Part shown: piece after piece, positions 29,984-38,594 of the stretch
Layout: the number at the start of each line of letters is the position of its first letter
Position numbering within the stretch: position 1 is the stretch's first letter
Virus record (IMG/VR): IMGVR_UViG_2551306257_000001
Span: 5,988 to 69,987 of that record
Source: a virus
Taxonomy: Duplodnaviria > Caudoviricetes
DNA length: 64,000 nt
Strand: one strand, 5' to 3'
Notes under the pieces: model-generated
What the model saw: the letters and a program-made list of their open reading frames with translations, nothing else
The model's database searches: none
What the model was told of the DNA's origin: nothing
Position numbers and translations under genes: made by a program

Positions 29984-30514
29984 ATGAAAAAATTACTGAC
30001 AGGAACAATTACTCTATTATCTGTTGTAACACTTGTAGCCTGTTCTCAATCAAATAAAGAGATCACTACATCAACCAGTAATGCACAAACAACACAATCA
30101 GAAACAACCACACAAGAAAAGGTTGATAACAGCCAATATGACAGCATTGTAGCTGAAATCAAGACAGCTTTGGATCCAAATAATACTGGAGAAGTCACAG
30201 TTGAAATTGAAAATAATGTCATTGATTCTGAATATCCAGAAGGACATAACATTATCAAAGTCTTACTGACAGGTGAGTCACAAAAATCAGCTAAAGAAGC
30301 TCTGGATGCGGTCTATTCAAATACTGCAACAACAGAACAAAGCAATGCTATCACATTGCTCCGTATGACTATCTCCGAATTGGCTAAAAAATTGCCAGAT
30401 GACACAACGGTGATAAATTTTGGATATGAAATCTCTGCTGATCAGTATGACTTGATTGCAAAATCATCAAAAACGCAAGACATCATTCCAGTTGGTGAGT
30501 TGATTGTAGAATAA
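29984..30514 (+). CDS. Lysogeny-module lipoprotein (possible superinfection exclusion)
   Basis: Lipobox LVAC, S/T-rich linker, position before the integrase. Confidence 0.75.
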   Translation: MKKLLTGTITLLSVVTLVACSQSNKEITTSTSNAQTTQSETTTQEKVDNSQYDSIVAEIKTALDPNNTGEVTVEIENNVIDSEYPEGHNIIKVLLTGESQKSAKEALDAVYSNTATTEQSNAITLLRMTISELAKKLPDDTTVINFGYEISADQYDLIAKSSKTQDIIPVGELIVE

Positions 30515-30635
30515 AAAAGCCCTACGCTCAAATTTTGGTCGAGGAGAGCGTAAGGCAATATCGTATAGTAAAAACCTGCTTTGCAGTAGGCCTCTTTACT
30601 ATACCCATTTTATCAAAAAATGAGGTGAAAAACAA

Positions 30636-31706
30636 ATGGCATCAGTTAGAAAAAGGGGTAAATATTATGAGTACCGCGTTGTTTACCGCGATAGTTTAGG
30701 GGAGAGGCATGAGGCGACCTGTGGCGGGTTCAAAACGAAAGCACAAGCAAGAGCAGCTGGACAAGAAAGAGAAGTCGAGCTTCGAACTTCTCCCATGTCG
30801 AATAATGATGTCACACTGCTTGACTACTACATGGCTTGGGCAGAGCTATATAAAAAACCACACGTTGTTAAAAAAACATGGAATTCCTACGAACAAACCC
30901 GAAAGCACATCAGCAAGTATTTTGGTCACATTAAACTGAAAGAGATGTCCCCTGTACGCTACCAAGAATTTTTAAACCAGTTTGGCTCCAAGTATGCACA
31001 AGATACTATTGAGCGGACACACTATCATATTAAATCAGCTGTCAAAATCGCTGTCCGTGATCAGCTCATTCCATCGAATTTCACGGAAGGGGCTGTGGTT
31101 AAATCTAAGAAAGAAAAAAAGCCAGAGGCTGAAAGTTATCTTGAAGAGGATGAATACCTCTACGTCATCTCAAAAACGCAAGAGAACCCTCAATATATTT
31201 CACACATGACACTCTATATTTTGGCGGTTAGTGGAATGAGGTTTGCTGAAGCTATGGGGTTGACTTGGGATGATATTGACTTTGAAAGACAAGTCTTTAT
31301 AGTTGTTAACACATGGGACTATTCTGACTCACAAGATTTTAGTGCTACAAAAAATGAACAATCTGTAAGAGAGATCCCCTTTAATGATAACGTCGCTAAG
31401 CATTTACTCAATTTTAAAGAGCATTACTGGAAAGAGAATGAAGAGGGACGTATCTTATTCGGTGCGTCAAATAGAGCCACAAATACTGCTCTGAAAAGAA
31501 TGGTAAATAGAGATGTCCATCCACATACTTTAAGACACACATATGCTTCTTATCTCATTTTCAAGGAAGTACCAGTTGCAAGTATCTCTAAACTGCTAGG
31601 ACATAAAACTATTTTGATAACTTTGAAAGTCTATGCCCACCAGTTTGAAAAGATGAAAGAAAAACACCATGCAGAAGTGCGAGGTATCTTAGCAGACATT
31701 CATTAG
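30636..31706 (+). CDS. int: Prophage integrase (tyrosine recombinase)
   Basis: Arm-binding N-terminus, SGMRFAEA, HTLRHTYAS, LLGH, VYAH. Confidence 0.97.
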   Translation: MASVRKRGKYYEYRVVYRDSLGERHEATCGGFKTKAQARAAGQEREVELRTSPMSNNDVTLLDYYMAWAELYKKPHVVKKTWNSYEQTRKHISKYFGHIKLKEMSPVRYQEFLNQFGSKYAQDTIERTHYHIKSAVKIAVRDQLIPSNFTEGAVVKSKKEKKPEAESYLEEDEYLYVISKTQENPQYISHMTLYILAVSGMRFAEAMGLTWDDIDFERQVFIVVNTWDYSDSQDFSATKNEQSVREIPFNDNVAKHLLNFKEHYWKENEEGRILFGASNRATNTALKRMVNRDVHPHTLRHTYASYLIFKEVPVASISKLLGHKTILITLKVYAHQFEKMKEKHHAEVRGILADIH

Positions 31707-31708
31707 TT

Positions 31709-31778
31709 GGTGGGCAAACGGTGGGCAAATAGCCCTAAACCCTTGATATACCAATGGTTTCAAATCCGTCTACCGCCT
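31709..31778 (+). other. Prophage attachment site: arm repeats plus tRNA-Cys 3'-end core
   Basis: GGTGGGCAAA x2 (31709, 31720); TTCAAATCCGTCTACCGCCT (31759-31778) matches the T-arm/acceptor end of streptococcal tRNA-Cys as I recall it; the 5' half of the tRNA is absent here. Confidence 0.8.
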
Positions 31779-31812
31779 TTATTATAGGATTTTATCCGAA
31801 TTTATACAAGTC

Positions 31813-31839
31813 AAAAGCCCGATTTTTCGGGCTTTTTTT
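31813..31839. terminator. Bidirectional intrinsic terminator
   Basis: AAAAGCCCGA-tttt-TCGGGCTTTT. Confidence 0.8.
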
Positions 31840-31953
31840 GATTTTTCATTCGGTTAAATTCGGTTAAAACAGAAAAAGTTTTTGGACAAATTTTGGACAC
31901 CCAAAATATCAACAAACTCCCCATAGCTTGTCGCTATGAGGAGCATGGATATA

Positions 31954-32493
31954 TTACAACTCAGCAATCTGGTTCAAATTAACTTCAGCAATGGTATCAT
32001 TACCAAACATAGAGATAACCATCTTAACCTTGTTGTTGTCGATTTCTGTAATTTTACCTGTGTAGTCTGTGAAGGCACCGTCGATGATACGAACAGTGTC
32101 GCCAACTTTGACATCAATATCAAATTCTTGAACGGTTTGTCCCATAGACACCAAGATTTGACGAATTTCTTCTTCCAAAAGTGGAGTTGGTTTTGAACGG
32201 TTACCGTGTGAACCCACGAAACCTGTAACGTTTGGCGTGTTACGAACCACAAACCAAGCTTCATCGGTCATAACCATCTCAACCAAAACATAACCAGGGA
32301 AACGGTTTTCTTCCACTTCCTTGACCTCACCGTTTTTCTCAACTTGAACAGTCTGAGTAGGAATTTCTACACGAAGGATGTTTTCCAACATGTTATAAGT
32401 GTGGGCACGTTGGAGCAAGTTTTCCTTCACTTTATTTTCATATCCTGAGTAGGTCTGTAAAACAAACCAGCCTTTATCAAAACTATCGTACAT
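31954..32493 (-). CDS. nusG: Transcription termination/antitermination factor NusG
   Basis: WFVLQTYSGYENKVK, FPGYVLVEM, VRNTPNVTGFVG, KOW motif. Confidence 0.99.
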   Translation of the reverse strand: MYDSFDKGWFVLQTYSGYENKVKENLLQRAHTYNMLENILRVEIPTQTVQVEKNGEVKEVEENRFPGYVLVEMVMTDEAWFVVRNTPNVTGFVGSHGNRSKPTPLLEEEIRQILVSMGQTVQEFDIDVKVGDTVRIIDGAFTDYTGKITEIDNNKVKMVISMFGNDTIAEVNLNQIAEL

Positions 32494-32602
32494 TGTTACT
32501 TCCTTTCTTTGGAAACACGGAATTTTTAGACGCTAAAAAAAGCCCGAAGGCTTTCGCTTTTCTTTATTATATCACTTCCATTTTACAAATGGCAAGTATT
32601 TT

Positions 32603-32779
32603 CTAGAAAAGATTGATCAAGCTCATGATTCCTCGTGACAAAATCAAGTCAAAGAGGTAAACCACCGCTACGAAAAAGGCAGTATATTCCACTACAGACA
32701 CGAAATCCGTCCAGCTCTGCTTACGAGTTGGCCAAGACGTATCTTTTAAAATGCGGATAATGTCTTTGATAAATTTCAT
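32603..32779 (-). CDS. secE: Preprotein translocase subunit SecE
   Basis: Hand-translated 58 aa MKFIKDIIRILKDTSWPTRKQSWTDF.. with a TM helix; synteny with nusG. Confidence 0.95.
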   Translation of the reverse strand: MKFIKDIIRILKDTSWPTRKQSWTDFVSVVEYTAFFVAVVYLFDLILSRGIMSLINLF

Positions 32780-32788
32780 GCGTGACTC

Positions 32789-32941
32789 CTATCTGGTTTC
32801 CTTGTGAACAGTGTATTGTCCACAGTGTTTACAAAATTTATTTACTTCTAACCGTGTTGGCTTGGGATTGCTCGAAAGGCTGATTGAATAGTTTCGAGAA
32901 CCACAAACAGTACAGGCTAGGCTTGCTTTTTTTAGTGCCAT
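32789..32941 (-). CDS. rpmG: 50S ribosomal protein L33 (Zn-ribbon form)
   Basis: Hand-translated 50 aa [39 protein letters not shown]. Confidence 0.95.
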   Translation of the reverse strand: MALKKASLACTVCGSRNYSISLSSNPKPTRLEVNKFCKHCGQYTVHKETR

Positions 32942-32960
32942 AAAGCCCTCCATCCTTTTC

Positions 32961-32989
32961 ATTCTACCATGTTTTTATGGATTTGACAA
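32961..32989 (-). promoter_or_regulatory. sigma-A promoter of rpmG-secE
   Basis: TTGTCA-17-TAGAAT with TG extension. Confidence 0.75.
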
Positions 32990-33076
32990 CTCTCCAAACC
33001 AAGACGTATGCGGTAGAATTTTTTAGAATGCCTTGTACTGCATTTTTTGAGGAGAACTAATTACCGAGATGCAAAG

Positions 33077-33103
33077 AAAAAACTGAACAATTTCTTGCTC
33101 AGC
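33077..33103 (-). terminator. Conditional (attenuator) terminator
   Basis: GCTGAGCAA-GAAA-TTGTTCAGT followed by TTTTT on the - strand. Confidence 0.7.
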
Positions 33104-33139
33104 CCTTGACAGTGATACCTTTATCCTGTATCATATATT

Positions 33140-33211
33140 AGAGACTGAGTAAGAAGTAGAGGTTCTTACTCGGTAAGTGGTACGCTGTAGGAGGCGTGCC
33201 GCTTTTTTTTT
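33140..33211 (+). ncRNA. Two-hairpin counter-transcribed sRNA
   Basis: TTGACA(33106)-17-TATCAT(33129); stems 33144-33174 and 33175-33204; T9 tail. Confidence 0.7.
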
Positions 33212-33230
33212 ATTCGATTAAGTTAGTTAG

Positions 33231-33259
33231 ATTATAGCACACTTAGGCACACTGTGCAA
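33231..33259 (-). promoter_or_regulatory. Outward-reading sigma-A promoter at the ICE end
   Basis: TTGCAC-17-TATAAT with TG extension. Confidence 0.75.
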
Positions 33260-33349
33260 GTGCCAATCTGAATTTGTACGCAACACAAAAAGCCTTTCGC
33301 TGGAAAGGTTATTTATATATATCTTGTTATATATCTTTTTATCTACTTG

Positions 33350-34678
33350 TCAGAGATTTTTCTTTCCTTCTCTATTGTATAGGTGATGGAGAGTATACTC
33401 TCGTTCAACCTGGTTAAGTTTTTGCTTGATTGTCGCAGCTGTAATAGATTCTAGTTCAGCGATCTTTTCATACTCTTCACGCCAGGAGCCGAAAAATAAA
33501 TCTCTGAGTTGTTCCTCGTGGTTGAGGACTATAATACGACTCATTGTCTCTGCTCCCAAAACGGTCCAATACATGCCACGTTTCTTCATCCTATACGTGA
33601 TTTTACGATGTTGTGACTCCATAATACCTATCCCTGCATGAGTAAAGCCTCTCAGCTCGGCTGGCTTAGTGTATTGAAAATTATTAAGAAGCTTCCTCTT
33701 GAACTTCTCGAACTCCTCCATTTCTTCTTCAGTCAATACTAACGATTCTGTAGTGTCTAACACTGTACGTAGTTTGCCTTTATCATGTTGTTTTATCGCC
33801 TGAAAAGCTTTGTCTAGCAACTCTTCTGAGTAGGGCTTGAAGAAGGATTTTAGCTTCTGGTTGACATGATACTCATCCCAAAAATGTTCGTGACGTTTAA
33901 TTTTCAAAGCCTTGGCAATCTCTTTGAAAACATAAGGGGTATAGCCATGACCACCGTCAGAATTGGTAATCAGCAGGGTATTGTCTGTTATCTCGTAAGT
34001 GTTATAAAGATAGTCTAGTACCTGTTCTCTGGCCAATCGATTATCTAGACCAACAAATTCCTTTTTATCTTTCAGCTCAAATCGGTTGCTCCCCACTTTC
34101 TGACTGCCAGTATGAACTACGAAATGAGATAAATCATAGTGTCGGTTATCCGTGTCTATGTCACGTGCCTTGACCATGACGCCGTCCCCCTCAATGTATA
34201 TCACATCGACCTTCCGCTTTTCTATCTCCTCAGTCTCTTTGTAAAAACGATAGACTTCACGTTCTGTCAGCAACTCGTTGCAGAGTTTGACAGCTTTAAC
34301 AACAATAGGTTTTGTGATAATGATATGGTAGGTCATCTGAATAACCTGGGTAACCTTCTCATAGGGCATCATTGTCGATAATTTAGCAATTTGATACATG
34401 AATTCCCAGGAGAAACGTGTATTCTTTGTTAATCCCAATTTCTCATCAACTGGTACACACCACTTATCACCCTTCTTCCATCGACGACGTCGAAAAGTAA
34501 ATTCACCAAAAGTAAAAGCGACTGTCCGCTCCATTGAGTGTATACAAGTATAACCCCTAGCCTTCATAACAGGAACCATTTCTTCATCATACTTGGCCAC
34601 AAAATCATAAAAATATAGTGCATTCTCATCAAACAATTGTTCTTTTAGCACTCGCTCATCAAAAATAGTGGTTAACAT
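33350..34678 (-). CDS. ISLre2/Mutator-like DDE transposase
   Basis: RTVAFTFGEFTFRRRRW, YIEGDGV, NSDGGHGY, FWDEYH, GIMESQHR, RMKKRGMYW. Confidence 0.93.
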   Translation of the reverse strand: MLTTIFDERVLKEQLFDENALYFYDFVAKYDEEMVPVMKARGYTCIHSMERTVAFTFGEFTFRRRRWKKGDKWCVPVDEKLGLTKNTRFSWEFMYQIAKLSTMMPYEKVTQVIQMTYHIIITKPIVVKAVKLCNELLTEREVYRFYKETEEIEKRKVDVIYIEGDGVMVKARDIDTDNRHYDLSHFVVHTGSQKVGSNRFELKDKKEFVGLDNRLAREQVLDYLYNTYEITDNTLLITNSDGGHGYTPYVFKEIAKALKIKRHEHFWDEYHVNQKLKSFFKPYSEELLDKAFQAIKQHDKGKLRTVLDTTESLVLTEEEMEEFEKFKRKLLNNFQYTKPAELRGFTHAGIGIMESQHRKITYRMKKRGMYWTVLGAETMSRIIVLNHEEQLRDLFFGSWREEYEKIAELESITAATIKQKLNQVEREYTLHHLYNREGKKNL

Positions 34679-34799
34679 CGACTCTCTCCTCTAATTTTAG
34701 AATAACGAGCCCTATTTTAATCGTTCGTTAAATACTTTTCAAATTTATTTTTATTTTGACATCAAAAAAGCCTTATCCCTGAAGATAAGACCCTTAACA

Positions 34800-35123
34800 T
34801 TATTTGATTTCTTGCTTTCGCTGCTTCATTGTAGAATGGATAGTTCCTGCAAAAGCATAACAGATTGGTAGTGACACAAGTCCCCAAAAGCCCCAGACAA
34901 TACCGTCAGCAATGAACGAGAAATCACCTGAGAAATGGACCCCCACCCCAATTAATAGAATCGGTAATACTAGAACTGGAACAAATTTCAATGCTAGTAG
35001 TCCGATAACGAGTAAGAAAAACATATTTAAACCAATAAACTGATAGAAAACATATAATGCTGCAGCCGTAAATAACCACAAAAATGTTTGGAACAGTTTT
35101 TTAAAAGAGACAAAAATGATCAT
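34800..35123 (-). CDS. Small polytopic membrane protein
   Basis: Highly hydrophobic; AGGAG RBS. Confidence 0.65.
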   Translation of the reverse strand: MIIFVSFKKLFQTFLWLFTAAALYVFYQFIGLNMFFLLVIGLLALKFVPVLVLPILLIGVGVHFSGDFSFIADGIVWGFWGLVSLPICYAFAGTIHSTMKQRKQEIK

Positions 35124-35125
35124 TT

Positions 35126-35398
35126 CTATTCTCCTGATAATTCTTGTTGAAGTTTCTCCCATTCCTGGATAATCAATTTTTCCAAGTAATCAGATGCTGA
35201 CCTCGCTCTATTGTGAACTACTAGGTCTTCTAGCTTGCTGTGACGTACGTCATGGTGTAGCGAAAAGACAAAACGCCCTTTTCTATCATAGCTATCAGGT
35301 GCTTTTCGATTAGCTCCTGCACGTGGAGCTGGCGTTCGTTCTTTTGGTGGTTCTTTCTCAAAGCTTTCTTTTAATTGAGCAAAACGATTATTTGGCAT
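35126..35398 (-). CDS. Putative centromere-binding partner of ParA (ParG/RHH-like)
   Basis: Coupled to parA; flexible N-terminus, then RFVFSL..SASDYLEKLI. Confidence 0.6.
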   Translation of the reverse strand: MPNNRFAQLKESFEKEPPKERTPAPRAGANRKAPDSYDRKGRFVFSLHHDVRHSKLEDLVVHNRARSASDYLEKLIIQEWEKLQQELSGE

Positions 35399-36216
35399 TA
35401 TGCAACTTCTCCTTCCAGTACTCTTAAGATATTTTGATAGACATACTCTATATTATCATAAAATTTTTGGTGTGCTTGTTTTTGTTTGTCTGTCATTTGT
35501 TCACGCTGCTCAAACACACTCTGGTTAATGACCAAGCTCTTAGCGACCAACTCTTTCTTCTGAATAGAACCCAGGTACGCCTCATCTTCTTGAATAACAT
35601 CCAAGAATTGGTTACAAGTATCTGTTACATTGTTTCCGTAATACTCGATTTTATTGCCAATAATATAAGGCTCTGCTTTGACATAACTCTTCTTGGTGAT
35701 AACCTCAATTGCCTCACTCTTAATCCGATCTACAAACCTTTTGAGAGCAAGCCAGGCACGAAAACCATTCGTTGAAGCATCAGTTACTCCTAAGACGATA
35801 TCAGAAACAGCAATAAAGTTAGCTGTCACAAGACTTTCGTCATTGTGGGTATCGATCAAGATAATATCAAACTGTTCTGCTAGCTCATCGTAATGCTCAC
35901 TAAACCACATGAACAGCTGAAGGTATTTATTATTTCTACTGGATAGGTCTAATTGTTCATCCGTTAAGCGTTCATCCCCACGAATGAGACTAAGATTATC
36001 GTTGATGCGACAAATTTCATACTCGCCAGATGTAAAAATATCATAGATAGTCTTCTCACTGGTTACGTCGAAGGAATGCGTTAAATTACATTCTCTTGCG
36101 CCATCAATCAACAGGGTCCGTTTATTTTTAATACGTGACAACCAATCACCCTGGTTGTAGGTCTGGCTGCTTTTTCCACCGCCACCCTTGTCTAGGTTTG
36201 TTGTTTGAATTTTCAT
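35398..36216 (-). CDS. parA: ParA-family ATPase
   Basis: Deviant Walker A KGGGGKS, LLIDG, IILIDT. Confidence 0.9.
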   Translation of the reverse strand: MKIQTTNLDKGGGGKSSQTYNQGDWLSRIKNKRTLLIDGARECNLTHSFDVTSEKTIYDIFTSGEYEICRINDNLSLIRGDERLTDEQLDLSSRNNKYLQLFMWFSEHYDELAEQFDIILIDTHNDESLVTANFIAVSDIVLGVTDASTNGFRAWLALKRFVDRIKSEAIEVITKKSYVKAEPYIIGNKIEYYGNNVTDTCNQFLDVIQEDEAYLGSIQKKELVAKSLVINQSVFEQREQMTDKQKQAHQKFYDNIEYVYQNILRVLEGEVA

Positions 36217-36242
36217 GAAGAGACTCCCTTATTTTTGATATT

Positions 36243-36333
36243 GTTATATAAAAAGTTGTATAACTTTTTATATACTTATTTTACAACATACAACTCCTTT
36301 TGTCAACAAAATATGCACAAATTGTTATATAAC
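36243..36333 (-). promoter_or_regulatory. parA promoter with GTTATATAAC-type operator array
   Basis: TTGACA(36306)-17-TAAAAT; boxes at 36243, 36255 and 36324. Confidence 0.75.
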
Positions 36334-36369
36334 TTTTTTGTGCATATTGTTATGCATTCTATTATTTAA

Positions 36370-36957
36370 TTAACCAAAAGTTCCACCAATGTTTCCACCA
36401 ACATAATTCTTCAGCTGAATCTGATTGACGGTAGTGTTGAAGTTTCCAACAAAGTAACAATTATCTTCCCCAGCCTTAGTCAATACAATAAGGAATTGGA
36501 CAACGTCCTCGCTTTCTGACTTTGTCACTTCCAACCGAGAGGCTTGGTAGCTGTATTCATTTACCAGGAGCGCCATCGTCAAAGTTTGAACCATAGCATC
36601 CTGACTCATTGACAGATGATTCTCTATCGTTCCTTTTACTTCAGTCAGGTGACTGGCTTGACCGATCATCTGAATGGCTTCTTCAAATGCTTGGGCTACC
36701 TGCTCTTTCTCCTCCTCACTGCTTTCTGTATACGGGTGCTCTAATTTCAATTTGGCAGTTCTATAGTTCTTTTCATCCGCAGTTTCTGGGACTGGTTCTG
36801 ACTCAGTTTCAGCCTCTGACGGGCTAGTTTGCTCACTTCTTGGTTCTTCCTGAAGCTTGCTGCTCGTGAAGTTCTTGGAGGCTGCTACTCCTGAGAAAAT
36901 AAGCATTAATCCAACAACGATTACATATACCCAATTTTCTTTCATCCATTCTTTCAT
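36370..36957 (-). CDS. Membrane-anchored conjugation accessory protein
   Basis: N-terminal TM helix; last gene of the VirB4 operon. Confidence 0.65.
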   Translation of the reverse strand: MKEWMKENWVYVIVVGLMLIFSGVAASKNFTSSKLQEEPRSEQTSPSEAETESEPVPETADEKNYRTAKLKLEHPYTESSEEEKEQVAQAFEEAIQMIGQASHLTEVKGTIENHLSMSQDAMVQTLTMALLVNEYSYQASRLEVTKSESEDVVQFLIVLTKAGEDNCYFVGNFNTTVNQIQLKNYVGGNIGGTFG

Positions 36958-36969
36958 TGATTTATCCTT

Positions 36970-38307
36970 CTACTTTCCTAGCTTTGGTTCTTTACCATCT
37001 GGGTAGGCAAAGGTTGTGATCGCTGCCTTTTGCTGTTCTGGACTCCATACACGGTAGTTCCAGGTATAAGGCTTCTTGAAATAATCCCAACCTGATAGCA
37101 CTGTATTTTGTTCTACAATCAAGATTGAACCATCTTCAAACACATGGCAGACAATCCCTGTATGGCCATATCCTCCGCCTCCAGTCTGCGTAGAGAAGAT
37201 AGCTCCTTTTTTAGGTGTTGTTGTAACAGTATTTCCAAAGATGTTAGCCCAAGCTGCAGCCTGGTCTTTCCCGTTTCCAATAACAGATCCTGAATGACCC
37301 CAGAGGTGATTACCCATGCTGATAGTTAGGTTGACACATTGACCTGCTAAAGAATCACTACCTGGGTTAAACCATCCCGTAGAGCTTGCGTATGCCATAC
37401 CGAGACTTTTCGGGTCAATAATATACTGCTTCAAACTCTCTGGAATATTATCTGGACTATAGCCCCAGGCAGTTGCATCTGCTGGAACCTTCCCTGTCCC
37501 ATCAGTAGCGACAGCTGAAGAAGAGTCACTACAATCTTTGCTTGTACTTGTGAATGTATCTGACGGACTACTATCACCAGAACTAGCAACAGCCTTGTAT
37601 GGCTTGTCTCCATGAGTACTGATAGCCTCTTTATCCAACCACTGGTACTTTTTACCAAGGGTGTTATACATATCTATCAGCTTGGTCTTATAAGTGGTAT
37701 CTGTAGCCCATCCACCATCAGCAATGGCACTTAAAGTAGCAATGCCGTCTGTATTATTGATCGCTCCAGTATAGAGAGTCTGATGGGCCATAAACTCTGC
37801 CTTACCGACGATCCCTGCTGCATAACTTGAAAACCAGGTATAAGCTCCACCTGTTCCATCTCCAACATTGGCCCCAGGCTTAGTACCCGATAGGTCCACA
37901 CTATCTTCGCCATAGGTGGCAATTGTAACTGGAAAGTCACTCTTCGTAGAGGTTTTTACCCCTCCCATATTGTGAGCTTGCCAGAAAGAAGTGCCGTTAG
38001 GATTAGAGAAATTGAATCCATTTTCAATCATCGTTTGAGTAATGGAGGCAGATGGCAAAAAACCACCTGCCTTCCAGGAGAGGATATAAGCCTCCTTGTG
38101 CTCCTTAACAAATGAATCGATGGAACCGTCACCTGAATATACAGAAGACTGCGTAGAGGTCGATGTTACTATTTCCGTTGAACAATTTTCTTGTGTCCCA
38201 CCAATAGCAGCACCTAAAACCCCTACTAATATCGTTACGCCTATGCTGATTAGAAAAAGGAATGAAATCAGTGGAACCAGTATTTTTAAGAAAACAACTT
38301 TTTTCAC
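36970..38307 (-). CDS. Conjugative peptidoglycan hydrolase (glucosaminidase-like plus CHAP; VirB1 role)
   Basis: ITQTMIE..HNMGGVK..GWATD; GQCV..GNGKD..YGHTGIV..VEQN. Confidence 0.88.
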   Translation of the reverse strand: MKKVVFLKILVPLISFLFLISIGVTILVGVLGAAIGGTQENCSTEIVTSTSTQSSVYSGDGSIDSFVKEHKEAYILSWKAGGFLPSASITQTMIENGFNFSNPNGTSFWQAHNMGGVKTSTKSDFPVTIATYGEDSVDLSGTKPGANVGDGTGGAYTWFSSYAAGIVGKAEFMAHQTLYTGAINNTDGIATLSAIADGGWATDTTYKTKLIDMYNTLGKKYQWLDKEAISTHGDKPYKAVASSGDSSPSDTFTSTSKDCSDSSSAVATDGTGKVPADATAWGYSPDNIPESLKQYIIDPKSLGMAYASSTGWFNPGSDSLAGQCVNLTISMGNHLWGHSGSVIGNGKDQAAAWANIFGNTVTTTPKKGAIFSTQTGGGGYGHTGIVCHVFEDGSILIVEQNTVLSGWDYFKKPYTWNYRVWSPEQQKAAITTFAYPDGKEPKLGK

Positions 38308-38320
38308 GTCACCCTACTTT

Positions 38321-38581
38321 CTACCACAAGCCTAGAATAGTTTTTATGACAGCATAGAACATTAGAAAGACAATGAATCCGATGCCTAACTTCTTCAGGC
38401 TTTTTAGAAACTCTCGATCACGGGCTTCTTGAGCAGCCAAACGTTCAGGGTCAGATTCTCCTTCAGAGGCAAAATACTCTCTAATTTCTTGGTTTCTAAT
38501 TCTACGGACCGTAAAATAGTTATTGATAGCTTGTTTTCGTCTTGCAATTGGGCCAAGTTTGTATTGTCTCTTATTTGACAT
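38321..38581 (-). CDS. Small membrane protein of the transfer operon
   Basis: C-terminal TM helix. Confidence 0.6.
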   Translation of the reverse strand: MSNKRQYKLGPIARRKQAINNYFTVRRIRNQEIREYFASEGESDPERLAAQEARDREFLKSLKKLGIGFIVFLMFYAVIKTILGLW

Positions 38582-38594
38582 ACCCTCATCCTTT

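Larger units (their letters stand above)
1..31778. mobile_element. Temperate siphovirus prophage (HK97-like head, long non-contractile tail); left end outside the window
   Basis: Ordered tail, head, packaging, replication and lysogeny modules ending in an integrase and a tRNA-derived att core. Confidence 0.97.

Noticed and set aside
31755-31780. Intact tRNA gene
   Set aside because: Only the T-arm/acceptor 3' portion is present; treated as the att core
33140-33260. Type I toxin-antitoxin (Fst-like) locus
   Set aside because: No hydrophobic small ORF with an RBS found on the opposing transcript; attenuator pairing explains the layout better
33350-34678. Stand-alone insertion sequence
   Set aside because: No closely flanking inverted repeats seen; co-oriented with and terminal to a conjugation region, as expected for the ICE's own transposase
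34765-34800. Sixth copy of the 42-bp motif upstream of the transposase
   Set aside because: TTATCCCT and CCCTTAAC fragments are on the wrong strand and in the wrong order; more likely a terminator-like hairpin
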